64,000 nucleotides of DNA from Paraphysomonas bandaiensis (Eukaryota > Protista > Chrysophyceae), in assembly GCA_965644295.1 (NCBI GenBank), contig CBFFRP010000620.1, positions 1-64,000 of the forward strand, written 5' to 3'. A program made the translations under genes and the position numbers. Positions 46,166 to 60,430 of this stretch are shown in pieces. The notes under the pieces are model-generated. The model had not been told where the DNA came from. It ran no database searches and was given only the letters and a program-made list of their open reading frames with translations. Position 1 is the first letter of the stretch. Every line of letters starts with the position of its first letter.

Positions 46166-47083
46166 ATGGACACTGTGGAGATCCTCATGCTAATCTTCTC
46201 TTCCATCTCCATCATCTCATGTCTGACTCTCCTTCTCACCTATGCCGCTGCTCGTGATGTCTCCTCCTTTCATCATCTCATAGCCCTCACATGCACCTCT
46301 GATCTCCTCTCCTCTATAGGCATGGCACTGGGACGCCCCTCAAGAGACACAGTCGCTTGTTGGGTGCAGGGTCTCCTCACCAACATATGCCCAGTGGCCG
46401 GAGTGTTCAGCACGACCCTTATAGCGTATATGATGTATGTAAACATATTCAAACGGACCGCTGCGGGTGATATGTACCCTCAGCATGTGTATTACTGCTG
46501 CTGGATAGTTCCACTGGTGTTAACTCTCTTGCCACTCTCGACCAACACGTATGGTCCAACAGGGAAGGATAATAGCGCATGGTGCTTTATAGTCGAGCGG
46601 TCAGACTCACCTCATTGGACCGTTACTTTCTGGGTCATTGTTTCGTTTTATTTTTGGATGTGGGCCTCTATGGTGATATATATAGTATTGTTTATTTGTA
46701 TTGTTATTGAAGTCAAGCGAATATACTCAGTTCACGCTGAACTGCGCTCCTCTTTAACAAGTGATTCTCATAGTCGTGTGGTGCAGAGCTTACAAAAATT
46801 TGCCTGGTATCCTATCAATATATTACTTTGTTGGTCATTACCGACAATCTTCGACATACTGTTGGGGCTGGGCGTTCGGAATTACGAGGGCTACGTCACA
46901 ATGGATGCACTATCTGATATATCTCCCACGCTGCTTGGCTTTATGAATGTCATAGCATTCATGCGGACTAATAAGAAAATTAAAGAAGAGCTCTACTCGT
47001 GGATACCCGACACCAGCACTGTCAAGAAAGCTATATGCTGTGAGTCTGGAGTGAACTACGAGGTCGACAATGTAGCTATTTAA
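46166..47083 (+). CDS. 7-TM GPCR, cAMP receptor/GCR1-like
   Basis: Seven hydrophobic segments; SDLLSS, CWVQG, AWCFI, WYPINILLCW, LGFMN motifs. Confidence 0.8.
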   Translation: MDTVEILMLIFSSISIISCLTLLLTYAAARDVSSFHHLIALTCTSDLLSSIGMALGRPSRDTVACWVQGLLTNICPVAGVFSTTLIAYMMYVNIFKRTAAGDMYPQHVYYCCWIVPLVLTLLPLSTNTYGPTGKDNSAWCFIVERSDSPHWTVTFWVIVSFYFWMWASMVIYIVLFICIVIEVKRIYSVHAELRSSLTSDSHSRVVQSLQKFAWYPINILLCWSLPTIFDILLGLGVRNYEGYVTMDALSDISPTLLGFMNVIAFMRTNKKIKEELYSWIPDTSTVKKAICCESGVNYEVDNVAI

Positions 47084-47795
47084 AATTATTTTGCTTTGCT
47101 AGCTGTAAAGTTATGCTATTGGTACAATATACAATAGTATGTGAGTTTTGCTCGTTTGAGTTTTGGCCTGATTATAATTTCAACAATCATCACGCGAAAT
47201 ATTTGTCTATTTACTAAGTAATAATCTTTTTATAGTATGACTTTTGGAGAAAGATTAGATACGTGTGACTTTGGCATTTCAGTGATACCCTGCTACTATA
47301 TAGTGTTGACTGTTGACTGTGTGTGTTTCTTCATGGAAAAGTTCTAACTGACAACTGGAAATAATATCCTTCAAACTTTCAAACGATACAAGGGTTTTCA
47401 TCGCTGACTCAACAGAATCTGAAGCGACAATTAATGGAAAGTGGAAGGAGAAAATATGTCATTTTCTTTCGTTGCTGTGTGTATTGGATATATATAGCTA
47501 CGTTTTTAAACAAACAGCTCAATATAAAACAGAGCCACGTTACATAAATACTTGAATCTTTAAATACGTCATTTTATACGTGTGAACAACATCTAGTTTG
47601 ATGCACAAGGGGATAATATAAAAGATCATATCAGGAAGAAACATCACATAATCGCTATATAAACACTATTCCCTCTATCTCTCCAAAATAATACCCCACT
47701 CAACATCAATAGAAAGGAATAGATATCTAATTCCAAAGTGTAGACAAATATGTCCATGAAATACCAACCCCAGTAACTCTACACTTGTCCATTGC

Positions 47796-50700
47796 TCAGC
47801 TGTTATTGACTACAACGGTTTCATCCGTGGATATGCTTAATGAGGCAACAATAGGCGGGGGGTTGTTGTTGTGTTCGTCCAAAACCTTTTCCTGAGTGTT
47901 GTCCATGTGGTCGTGTGCGTTATGTGTATTCGTCTGTGAATTATGGGTGGGTGACCTAGTTGCCTGTTCAGCATTTACTTCATGGCCAATTCCCACGTCC
48001 TGTTCAAAATCAGCGATATTTACAGTGGCATCAGTGCTCTTGCGTAGCTCCATGCTGTGTAGCGGGGACACCTCTACCGTGGAGTTTTTATCGCTCATTC
48101 CCTCCTTCGGGGTTACATTTTCCTGTGCATGTGCCTCCCCGTCTATTTGCTCCAGAGTAGGGGTTATGGAAGCTTCAACTTTCAGATTGTATGTTGAATC
48201 CATTGAACGTTTACTTTCCACAACTTGAGGCACTTCATAGTCGGACGGTATACCCTCCGTATGACTGTCGACTGTGCCCTTGGGCTCAAGATGATCTGTC
48301 GATACATTCCGCGAGATATTTCCTTGGGTCTTGACACTGATCGTTATTTCACTCACAGACTTTTCACTGGGTGGCATATCGGAGGTCAATTGTTGTACAG
48401 TTTCCGAAACTGCTAAATTTATTATGTTCGACGTTATTACGCCCATTCCTTCCACACACATACCAGCTGGAGCTCCACCTCCTCCATCTACAAGGTTTTC
48501 TCTGCTGCGCCGACTTGATTTGCTTCCTCTACTAGACTCAGAGCTGGCGGTTCGGTTCTCCGCCGATTTTTTCCTCACCCGCCTAGCGCTTTTCGCAATA
48601 CCGTCAGTAGAGGGTGGGCGCTCTGAGGAAGTTATTTTGAGCGGTGGTAATGAGCCCGTGCTGTTACAGAGATTGGCTACATCACTTGTGGTTCGCAGAA
48701 CAGACGCGCCATCATCAGGAGAAGGAGATACTGAGGTAGAATTTGCCGGACGATGGGCTCGTGTACTTGTCAGAGGAGATATGCCAGTTACGGAATTCGA
48801 TGCGGGGGCAGATGTCCCGTTAGCTTTCAAACTAGAGATATTTCCCGTAGAAACAGAGTTGCCATGGCCACTAATACTACTGGTGGATGATTGTCCATTC
48901 GAGGTAAGGTTCCCAAACTCTGCAGTGGGCGAGGCTGTGTTGCCTGAAGAGTCAATAGGAGAACTATGTGTGGAATTCGGTGCTGCAGAGTGATGCTGAT
49001 GCTTTTTCAGGTAGTTGGAGGCGTGTTCAATGGCCCCAACGCCATGTTTGTGCAATATTTCCGTGTCGTCCTCCACCACACCTAGAGCGGTGTTCTGGGC
49101 GATACCAGCTGGTACCTTATCTCTGGGCGACTGTCGGTTAGATAGACTCCCCGGCGCCACAACTGTTTCGGCCGTACTCAAATTAGAAGCACAAGAGTGA
49201 GATGTAGTAACTCCAAGTGCGGGTAAGCACGGGGAGCCTTTCATAGCTACACCTGCATCCTTCATGTCAGGCGGTATGGCAATACTCAGAGCTGGGGAAG
49301 AGCTAGCGTTTCCACCCGATACCGGCGCAATCGGGCTCGCGTTCGCTGTTACTGAAGGAGGGGTAGCCTCCGACGGGTGCCCCACGCGGTCGATGTGCTC
49401 CTCCCCTTGAGAAGATCTCGGCGGTCTATTCGACCCGGGAGCTATTCCGAGTTTGTCCAACTGTATCGTCATCTGGCGTACATGATAACGGCGTAGCCTC
49501 TCTTCGAGATACTTCGGCCGGTAGGATGTGGGTAACATCGCAGCCTGTGGACAGTTACAGTAAAATAATCCATATGGTTCATAATTAGCATCCACTCACT
49601 TTGTGGTAAACTACTGGCTGCTGCAGAAACTGATTCACCGTCATACGCGAATTAATGTCTTTTTCAAGAAGACCTATAAACTCCAATCATAACACAATAC
49701 AGCAACTGATGGTACCAGAGCGAAAGAAAATACATCAAATCACATGGATTACTCTGTATCACAATTTTACATAAATACCGTCAATGAGATGAACTACATC
49801 ATTCGTGTAGTGTTTCTGAGGTATGAGGTGGCGGCGTGGCGGCTCATGGAGAATGCTTCTAACTAAATCGACTGTGGTTACTCCATCGAAGGGCAGCTGT
49901 AGTGTCAGCATTTCGAACAGCACCACACCTACATACATATCAGCTAGGTTAACATATATCGCGATAAATAAGTGCACAGTGACTACCTAGTGCCCAGTTG
50001 TCGGATGCCAATACGCTGGGACTATTGTTTATCATTTCGGGTGATGTGTAGTAGGGAGTACCAACTTCGGCAGTCTCCATGGCGGTAGAATCTGTCACCT
50101 CTGTGGCGAGACCAAAGTCAGCCAACTGGGCAAGCTCCCCTGTTCACACAGCAATATATTGTCATGACAAAGAATAACGACGTTATTTCAAATTTCTTAC
50201 TACGTGTACCAAACAAGTCACTCAGCAAGCACCCACTATTTAAACATCATGACTTACCACTGTCAGTGAGTAGAATATTTACTGGTTTAATATCTCGGTG
50301 TGCAATGCCGAAGGAGTGAAGGTAGGATAACGCTAACGCCACCTTTAAGGAGTTGTTAATCCCATGAAACCAACACAGGATTTATTTTACTATACACTAC
50401 CGATCGAAACATGTTATATATGCACATTTCATTAGCCTAATTTTCATACCAATTGTGTTCAAACATACAAAATACTGCACATCGCACCTGAGAAATCCAC
50501 TTCAAGACTTGGTTCTCTTGCAGAAACGTTTTGTTTCTTTCAGTCATAGTTATCACCTTGCCCAGATCACCGCCCTCACAATAGTGCATGATCAAGAAAA
50601 CTTTCCTGTCACAACATGGGTAAACAAGAGCTGTAGTCAAACTTATTATAGTGCATGTTACATACAGAAACACAAGATCTACAGGAGCAAATAAAGACTT

Positions 50701-51479
50701 TGTATTCTAATATGACTTACAAAAACACGTCCACTTACTTGGGGTGAATCGACATAAACACATCGTGTAGATGCACAATAAATGGGTGTCTATGCGCTCT
50801 CAAGTATTTAACTTCGTGAAGAAAAGCTTTCTCTTCGGACTTATGTTGTAGCAGCAGAGTCTTAGAAGCGTACCTGACAACATGTCATATCACCAATATG
50901 TAGGAATGACAAAACTCTAGCCATATTTCAGATACAACGTACATGATACATTTATATAATACACAAATTTCATAACGATAGGTTATATGAAGAAGATCCT
51001 GATTCAGGTAATGGTACTCACAATCTATTGTCTTCTCTATTTTTCACTAGATCTACTGTACCATATGAACCTCTTCCCAGAAATCGCACATCTTCATATA
51101 ACTCCTGGCTTTTGACAACGGGGGGGGAGGAATTGATATCTCCCGTATACGCCCAGTCACTCACTTTTGGGCAGCTAGGAATAGGAGGAACTTTCGCCAA
51201 TGTATCAGGAGAAGGAGTCTCAGTAGATTTATACACATGCCGCATTGACTTCTTGGACTGTAGTTTGGGAACGTTATTCTCATCTGGCGATACATCATCA
51301 GTCTCAGTGTCCATCTTAATATCATTCCCTCTCATTCCTTTCCTTATCTTCCCCATGTTATGTTTCTCTTTATTCATTTCCTCTTGAAGCTCCCGCTTCT
51401 TCTGTTCAAACTCTTCTCGCTCACGAGCAAACGCTCCGATCTTTCCTCTTAATTTACCCGCCTTTGATGAGGATGCCAT
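47796..51479 (-). CDS. NIMA-related (NEK) Ser/Thr kinase with a long disordered C-terminus, multi-exon
   Basis: [62 protein letters not shown] spread over GT-AG exons. Confidence 0.88.
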
Positions 51480-52882
51480 CTCTCTTCTCTTCTTCGATGT
51501 GCTGTGTGTTGTGTGTGTTATGAGTGGGAGGGTCCTCGTATATAACTGATACTGACACAGTGTGTATACAGTACTCTGCAGTAGAGTTAACGGGAGTAGC
51601 GAGCTCTCTATTAGCCGGGCATGTCACTCGTATCAATCATATCACCACAGATTGTATGTGCCTCTGACTCGGACTCTTGATTGAGTGCTGAGTGTGTAAC
51701 TTAACCACAGGGCTTCTCTGTGATGGTAATATACACACAGAGCAGCTCATATATATATACATGTACAGTACATATACAGGCATCCGTCAACTGCACTCTG
51801 CTCCCAGATCTCTCACAGTATAACTGCACTGCACCGTACAGCATATCCGGTATACCGTATACAGGTATACACACCACTGCCATGTGCCGTATGCCGCATG
51901 CCGTATGCCCTCCTACACTCCTAGCTACACCGTAAACGTCGTAGTAGTTACATTGGTGGTTATAGGTACACTTCGTACGTAGTTCACTGTACGCCACAGT
52001 GGTATACAGGGATGTATTGTTGTGTATACCACCGTGTGATATGGGTTCCTACAGCAGTGCTCTCTATACAGCTGTGTATATGCATGATATGGACAGCTAT
52101 GTACAAACGCCTGCTGGAGCAGAACCACTGCAGAGATCATCGACTTGAGATCAACACTGTCCGAGTCCTCATCAATCAGTTATCAATGGCCTCCTCTATC
52201 ATCATACCCAACCATTATCTTCAGTGATAGGGTTCTATTGTCCTCCAACTCAACTAACTAACTAACTCAGTTATGGTCTGATGCAGACATAATTGAGAAC
52301 TCAATGGAGATCTTGAGGATTCTGCTTTTGACTTGGATGAAAAGGTTCCTATCACTCATTCAATATTTGTAGTCATCAATAGGATGGAGCTGCTAACTAC
52401 ATACCAGGCGGTTGGAGGTCATGCTGTGTTCCTTTCCATTGACTTCGTGCCCACAGTTGGTCAAGTTTGCCCATAATTATTCAACACAGTTTAGGAATCC
52501 ACTTTTCTTAATATTTTGACTACAACTAACGTATGTGGCCAGTCACTACATCATTAGTGGACTTTTCAAACTTGTGCTTTCCACGCCGTCTCGCATTTCC
52601 CTTCCTTTATTGGATCAGTTGTGGCGTCGGCCTCGTCGTTTTTCCCTTGAAATGGATATATTCAAATATACTTCATCATTTTCCGGTCTTGGAAGTTTGT
52701 CGGGCCTATTGTTCTTCAGGTGGTTAACTACTACTAGTTTCTTGAACAACTTCTGGATTGAAGTTCGTCACATTGAGCTTCGGCATATTGAAGAAAATCT
52801 TATCAGACTCTGAGTTATTGTCGAAAAGAAAACAACTCATTCGCTAACAAATAAGGAATTAAGATATTTAGTGAATTGCACG

Positions 52883-53152
52883 TTCCCCATACTGACAGCG
52901 AAACTAATTACTGCGTGCGGCCCTCAAGTGGGTGCTGCTGAGTGCTGCGACCGCGCACCTCTACCTATGCACACATTGCTTAGTTCAGCGCTTCCCCACT
53001 CGGGTTCTCACTGCATATTCAGCGCATAATACCGTGTGATGTATCTAGTTGGGTTCAGTAGGTAGCTAGCTAATAACGTATGGACTTAATCAAGTATTAG
53101 TTAGGTAGGCACCCGGCCCCCACCCGGATCTACCCCCACCCGGAATGAAGCA
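52883..53152 (-). mobile_element. TG...CA element copy 4 (diverged) with near-perfect 5-bp TSD
   Basis: Homologous to 7985-8271; flanks GCACG (52878-52882) and GCCCG (53153-53157). Confidence 0.82.
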
Positions 53153-53637
53153 GCCCGAATTCGTCTAAGCTTATTATAGTAAAGAAGTGAATATTGATGT
53201 AACTTTAAACTTTATAGCTATTTCATAATCACGAGAATGGACATGATCTAGGATCTAGATGTATGTTGTATGACTGGACACACATAACTCACTGAAACCA
53301 TAACATAGTAAAGTGTAAAGTATTAACAATAGTCAGGAGAGCGATGACGAGACTAAGCAAGGAGGTTTAGACTAAATTAAGTGGGACAATTACACCAGTA
53401 GCCACTGAGACTGCTTTCTGTTTAATTTTGACGACAGCCTGCTGCATTAGATTTCCGCGGAAATTCACGAAGAAAGAAAAAAGAGGTCAATATATCCTTA
53501 TCTTTATAGCAGAACAGAAATAAATAATATACTACGAATAGACCATAGCCTAACAGCACGGTATATAAAACTGTATAGAAATGCATCACCAGACGGTTGA
53601 GTTCATATCCGGTGATTGCTTCCGATGAATATTACAC

Positions 53638-54892
53638 TTATATCGCTGCTATACTCAAAATTCTTTGTTTCAGATCTTCAGTGTTATTTCGAGGCTTGTT
53701 ATAATAGCAAAACCAGACCACCGAAAGAGCAATGACAGCCACTAATACTGCGGCAGTAACGATGAGTGAAATTTCTACAACGCTTAAGTTGTTGTCCCCC
53801 ACAGTGTCGTCGTCTTGACCTTGTGGAATTACGGGGTCATTTGGGTCGTCATTGCCAGAAGGGTCATCCGTTGATGACGGTACGACACCTGTGAGACAGC
53901 ACAATATTAACGAGCCCTTCAACACATACCAAACACAGTGGCTTCATAAATATATATATGGTTTAATAAATCATATTACTCCTATACTCTGTAAGTACCT
54001 GGAATATTATCGGACCCATTGCAGTCTGCATAAAACCATACGTCCAGTCCATCTATGTTGAAGGTGTCGGAGTGTAGAAAAGAATATATTCGTTTGTATA
54101 CATCCGGGCTAGTCGGTCCAGGTTCCGGCATCGAAGTATTGGAACCAACACACTGGTCTGCAGATAACGACGCCTCTTGAATGGATTCTCCTACACGTAA
54201 CCCAATAAGATACTCCATTGAGGAGATGATATATGGCACCACATTCAATTGGCAGAAAGGTGACGCTTACCCTCACATGTATCGCTTGTATTGTAGGCTG
54301 AGTAGGACAACATGTCATCTTGGCACTCCACCTGTACACTTAACTCCGGGATCTCAGGAATCTCCGAGCAGCCAGGATTAGCCGCGAACACGACAGCAGG
54401 CACATCACATGCAGAGTCTTCGATGTATACCCCTACAGCAGGCCATCCCTCACTAACAGCTATCGGATCAGACTGACAGCTAACGACACTCCCATTGTGA
54501 CACTCTGTTGAGAGCTCACTATACGTGAATGACGTCACGAAACCCGAACAATCAGAGGTCAAATAGGCCTTAACAGTTGTGAGCAGTTTCTCGCCATCGC
54601 TATTACAAGACGTCAGCTTGTAGCTCTCAAACGTAGGGACTCCTATAGGAACCTTCGAGCAGACTCCAATCTGCGGAGGTAACAATAAAATGACCGTAAG
54701 TTATGGACACACACGCATGTATATATCACTGTAGTTATGCTATACAGACGATCTTACTTGTTTCATTATAGAAAAATCAGTATTATCGGCAGAGCACGTG
54801 TCGCTACTGGTAGATATATCCAACACTATCCAATCACCGTACAGAGAAGTGAAGTGCATTATTAGCACCAATAATAATCCTTGTGACGCCAT
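53638..54892 (-). CDS. Cys-rich type I membrane/surface protein, multi-exon
   Basis: Signal peptide MASQGLLLVLIMHFTSLYG; Cys-rich ectodomain; acidic Pro-rich stalk; TM LIVTAAVLVAVIALSVVWFCYY; short tail. Confidence 0.7.
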
Positions 54893-55496
54893 TGAAGTCA
54901 TTGAAGTGGAGAAGAATCAACTTCAATCCGAAGCAAAGTGCTGATATCTCAGAGATAATATATTCACTTCACGACTTCCTTCAGCTCTACCTTACCAACT
55001 AACTACCCCACATATAATGATAGTACGTGAAAGTTGTATGGGATCCAGGCAGGTAGATATGACTGTATGTGAATTTCACCATGTGGATGAGGTATACCTA
55101 TGCGGTATACTGGTATACCTGCCTGTACGAGGATAGTCATAATATATCTGTGGTACCGTATATGGGGAATACGTGTAGAAATTTATAAGTGGTTTCAGAT
55201 CCACCGCACTGTATTACACGGTATATATGGAAATACAGGCCCAGGAGAATGCTGTTGCTGGTACACTGCATTGCTTCATATGAACGGTGTACGTACATAT
55301 CACCTATACGACTACTGCTGTATAAGTATAGTTGTGTGTATGTATGTATGGTATGGTGCTCTTGGCTACTGCATATTTTATGCAGTGTGTTGCCATATAC
55401 ATACATGATATTACAGTCTTAAGTATTGACTAGTTTTGCAACTTGTCTCCGCCACAGATAAATAAATACCTCAACAGTGAGATAATAATTAGCAGA

Positions 55497-56916
55497 ATGT
55501 TTAGTAGATTCGCACCTGTTCTGCGCTCTGCTGCGTATGCTAGCCGTGCCTCGAATAGATGCATATCGCACTCTACTCCTCGCTTGAGTAACTTTAAACC
55601 CCTGGCCCAGCACAAGGACACACCCGACAATAACGAGGAAACCTACTTCGACTTTACCTCTGATAACTATAAGAGGGTAATTGGCCGCGTGCTATATACA
55701 GTACTGATGGCTTATACTATCGACTGGTGTGTAGGTGGATGCTATATTGGCGCGTTACCCGGATAATTATAGAAAGGCTGCAATGATTCCTTTGTTAGAC
55801 CTTGCGCAAAGACAGGTATATTGTTATTGATTTTCTTCTGCAATGTTGAGTTTATGTCACTCAGAATGGTGGTTTCTTGACCCTAGCAGCAATGCAGAAG
55901 GTCGCCAGAGTCATTGGGTGTGAAGAAATGGATGCCTACGAGGTGGCATCATTCTACACAATGTTCAACCGTACTAGAGTTGGCAAGTATTTTATTCAGG
56001 TGAGCAGACCCATTTTACTGCTGGCAGATATACGCGACCTGTAATTTCATTTATCCGTTAATGTAAATTTCAATGGCGCGAAGTCATCTTTTACAACGAA
56101 ACTATTTGTCTTATGAAATGTTGCAGTTGTGTGGCACCACTCCTTGTATGGTGTGTGGGTCAGAAGAGATAAAGAAAACTATTGAGGATTACTTGGAGAT
56201 CGAGGTAAGTAATTCATCATTCGTGATACTCCGCACAGTACGCGCTTTACAATGACATGTGGATGCGCTTATGTGTATACTGATGAATGTACAGGAGGGT
56301 GAGTCCACTGAGGATGGCCTCTTTACATTGAGAGAAGTGGAATGCCTCGGCTCGTGTGCCAATGCCCCGATGATACAGGTAAGAGCGAAGCGCTGCCCCA
56401 ACTCCATTCCGTATTGTAACAGTTCTTGATTATATATTTCTGGGCTATACTCTCCAATATTTGGTGACTAATTATTTTTTTTGTATAGCTTAATGACGAC
56501 TACTATGAGTGTCTTACTCCAGAGACGACCATCGAACTCCTTAAGGCCTGTAAGGAAGGACGTCCCCCACCAATGGGAAAGTGGGGCTCGTTGCCTATGA
56601 ATGGACAGGTGATATGTCGCACGTATGATGGAGATTACAGCTTCTAATGTCGATCCTAACTGTTACGAGATGAATTGTCCTGTATTACAGCTGATGTCCT
56701 TTATCCCACTTGCAGGTGAGTTGCGAAGGCCCTCAGGGAAAAACCTCTCTTTTCGAATCTGCTCCAGGGCCGGGAGCATTCATGAGACCTGATGATGAGC
56801 TGCAACCCAAGGTACTTTTGTCCTCTATGCCCTAATGTATTCCGCATGCTTCGTCTATATGTCTTATAGATATGTAGTGTAATCCTGCAGATGTGAAGAA
56901 GCACATGGGATACTAG
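55497..56916 (+). CDS. NDUFV2: Mitochondrial complex I 24-kDa 2Fe-2S subunit, multi-exon
   Basis: Arg/Ser-rich presequence; [57 protein letters not shown]. Confidence 0.95.
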
Positions 56917-57451
56917 AATCCTGACTGCACTAGCAAGATCGGCGAGAGAGCAAATTCAGCTGTGTGTGGCGTATTGTGTAGACAGTCGGACAGTCGTGTG
57001 AAAATTATCCCCTATACTGAACAAAAATCTAATAAGTCATAGCAACTGTTTTAAAAATCAAATTTTCTATCAAATGGACCACTAGAATAATTTATTCGAT
57101 CCATTAATTCTCAATACTTTTATCCGAGGCACATTTATCTCGGCGAAGATATACATTCTGGAAGTAGTATTGTCTTGTTAATTGTTAAAGCTTGGATATA
57201 TGAGACCTATAATAGTATAGTTGCTAGTTACCCTAGTCAATATTTCTATCATTGTTATTACTCGACGGTTACGACTTACGACATACAGTAAGTCCGTAAT
57301 TACTGTTTGGAATTGCTTCAGAAATTACTGCACATCAGAGGGAACAATACTTGCATTTCTGCTTTATTATTAGATATCATAGTAACGTCTAAGAAACCAA
57401 GCACTATAAAATACTACAAATATACAGCACAGAGTAGTAGCGAATTTCGTT

Positions 57452-57907
57452 CTATTCCTTGTCGGAACTTTCTTTGCTGCCGCCCAAACAAGGTGGACTC
57501 TTCGTCACTGTTGAATTCTCTTCCCATTGTTCCGGTGTTTTCGCCAGAATAGAAAGTGCATGGATATCATTCTTGAGCTCTTCTTGAAGTATTCCATTAA
57601 CGAGGCGGTGACGAGCAAGATGATTTTGACCTTCAAAGGCAGCAGAGACGATAACAACTGCAAGACAGCAGCATGTAAGACAACTCTCGCTTTATATGAA
57701 CAAAAAGAAAATACTGATATTCACCTTTAAAATGACTCTCTGAACCTTCTGGAACATTATGCTTATGGCTCTCATTGATAACATCCTGCACACACACATC
57801 TCAGCAATAAACAAACTGAAAAGAAATCAGCGTACAAGAAAGAGGGGGTTGAGAGCTGAGAGCTTATTTCTTATGGAAATAGAAACTCTTCCTGCTGCTG
57901 TCATCAT
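57452..57907 (-). CDS. BOLA1: BolA family protein (BOLA1-like), 3 exons; absent from the ORF track
   Basis: Manual splicing: [24 protein letters not shown] / [20 protein letters not shown] / [45 protein letters not shown]...SPPCLGG. Confidence 0.88.
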
Positions 57908-58253
57908 GATTCAGGATTCCACCAATGAGGTGATATATGTGTATTGCTGGGTATGATAATGATGTGATGAGATGAGTGCCTCATACTGCTGCCTGGGCTG
58001 AGAAGAGACACGCACAGACATATACAAGCACCGTATATACAGTATATATACCTCTATGACATACAGTGCAGTATTACAGGTACTACAGTGTATTCCTATG
58101 ATGATCTCGATGCTGTCTGTATGTATGTATATGTGTAAGCTGTGTATGTGTATGTGAGTATATTGAACAGATCTGTTAGAGACAGACAGACAGATACTCT
58201 ATACTGCAGACCCCCCTCCGACTGAGTCCCTTCGGCTCATACCAGGTCGATCA

Positions 58254-59610
58254 ATGTCTGAAATAGAGCTCGGTGACTGCTTATCGTTAAACTTCCCCCC
58301 TCAGCTGTCTGGAGTGGTCAGTCCTTCAGGTGAGCCCTGTGTATGTATATGCATACATATATGTATGTATAGAGAGATACACACACATATATATGATATT
58401 GGCTCACTCTTGTCTGTGTACGTACAGCCTGGGAAAGCATCAAAAAGAGTTTCCGTAACACGTATGATCAGGTGCACTCCTCTCTATGCTGCGGAGAGTT
58501 CCTGTGCTGCGTGTGCTGCTTCGGGTTTCTTCCTATTCCTTTCTTGTGTCATCCCTGTATAGCTCATGGTATTCTCTCGAGCACTATTCAGACGTAAGCT
58601 CATGAGTTTATATATGTGTTTCACTGTTTGCACTGAATTTTGAGTATTTCTGCACATTGTGATTCCGTATATTCGTGATTATTGTATAAGCCTAAATTGC
58701 GTCGTGCATATCATTGTAGGCAGTGCAACAATATAAACAAGGAATATTTCTCTGGTCGGCGTGTATTCTACACTCGGAGTAACAAAATATATCTGAGTCA
58801 ATTGGAGCTCAACACATTCACTCGACCCTATGAAAGCCCTGTGCTTGCTGAGGCAGTGGTTTTTGGACAAGCACCCGTTGTTCAAGTGGCGGAGGTTGTT
58901 GTTTCTCCTGTATTTGACAATGGTAGCAGCTCCCCGAGTGACTCTACGGGTGTTAATTACTCGTCTGTTAGCTCTACAAGTCAGGTTAGTACCACACCCA
59001 TGTGCCCCCAAGAGGTTGAAGAATATATGCTTATAACACGAAATACATTATTGCAATCATCATTACAGAGAGCGCTTGACTCTATTCGTTATTGATTATG
59101 CTGTCATTGGTTCTTTTACGAATTTTATATTGTTATATAGTGTCGAGAAGAAGAACCCCAATCATCATCAACGAATCAGGTTCACCCACTTTGTTAACGT
59201 TTTCTTCACGTTTTGACTATTTTTTCAGTACCAAGAAGAAGATCCTCCACCCGCATCCACTAACACGGTTTGTTTTGTTTTAGTGCGTTGTGCTCTTGGT
59301 TGATAGATTGTTCAGTACCAGGAAGAGGACCTACCCCAAGCTGCAGGTGCAGGACGTTCTCTGCCGGGCAATACGGGTTCGGTGAGAAATTCAGAATCGT
59401 TTTTATAACCGTCGAAGTCATTTATTCGTGAATACATATGCATCGCCATTATTTTTATTTTTATTTATGCTGTTGTATCGATAGATAACTGTCCCTGGTG
59501 GATACTCCCCGGGACAAGTTCTTGATACCACTGCTCCATCTGGAGCTCGTGTGACCATTACGATACCGCCCGACGCCAAACCCGGGGACATTCTCAATTA
59601 CTCTTATTAA
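58254..59610 (+). CDS. Cys-rich hydrophobic (likely palmitoylated) protein, multi-exon
   Basis: FPPQLSGVVSPS/AWESI...LCCGEFLCCVCCFGFLPIPFLCHPC; last exon VPGGYSPGQVL...VTITIPPDAKPGDILNYSY-stop. The internal exon structure is partly uncertain. Confidence 0.6.
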
Positions 59611-59898
59611 ATATGGAGATATGTGCAGTCTATTTGGGCAAGTTAGAGTTGAAGGCGACAGTCAGAGAGTCTTCAAATGTATTGAGATATGGTACTCAAG
59701 TAAGATAATGGACTCGTAGTTGATTATTAGTTGTCGATAAGAAAATGTTATTACTTTTTTAATTGGTTTACCAGTTTCCGAGTGTCAAGTAATCTAAGTT
59801 AATATAGTCAATTCGTACTTATGATATTTTTTGTTTAAAATTAGAAAAGCGATTTTACTTACAACCACAATCAGGTTTGAAATACAGTAAAAAAAAGT

Positions 59899-59950
59899 GG
59901 GAAATATTATTCAACCTAGTCAAATTGGTTGAATTACCTAGTAACACTAT
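59899..59950 (+). mobile_element. Truncated end of the ACCTAGTC-motif element, copy C
   Basis: GGGAAATATTATTCAACCTAGTCAAATTGGTTGAATTACCTAGT. Confidence 0.65.
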
Positions 59951-60430
59951 CGTTAAGAACAGATATATTCGACATATCAATGCTGGTAATATTCACAGCG
60001 TACATGAGGCCAACAGAGAGCTTATACAGCAGAAGATCATCAGCTCGAGTGCCATCTACATCGAATGAACGTCTCTGTGTTCGAGTGAGAGCAGGCCTTC
60101 AACGATGACCATGTGTTGTCGACGGTCTGGCTTGATATTGCACTGCAACTGCATTGTGATGTGTGTTCTTGTTGACCAGGGGGATCATCTACAGTCTACA
60201 GCAGTACTCGTACTGTTGTACTGCTGCATGAATAGTACTGCTGTACATACGACATGGGTATATGTACCTATGTACTGTCCAGAGGAGTACACGTACCTCA
60301 GAGTGTTGCGTACCTATACACATCACTGGTATTACAGTACCTCTCAGTCTATTGCACTGCACTGTGAGTGCTCAGCACTCGAACAGCTTGAAGGCACACA
60401 GCTCTGCTCTGACTTTAGAGCACAGCAGTC

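Noticed and set aside
48331-48993. 220-aa plus-strand ORF and similar antisense ORFs (757-1155, 1809-2195, 38926-39501)
   Set aside because: These are shadows of well-supported genes on the opposite strand.
52012-52813. Possible small spliced gene upstream of repeat copy 4
   Set aside because: Some splice-like signals are present, but I could not build a consistent, recognisable protein.
55497-57907. Functional Fe-S cluster of NDUFV2 next to BolA
   Set aside because: Two convergent genes in a compact eukaryotic genome; adjacency alone gives no evidence of co-regulation.
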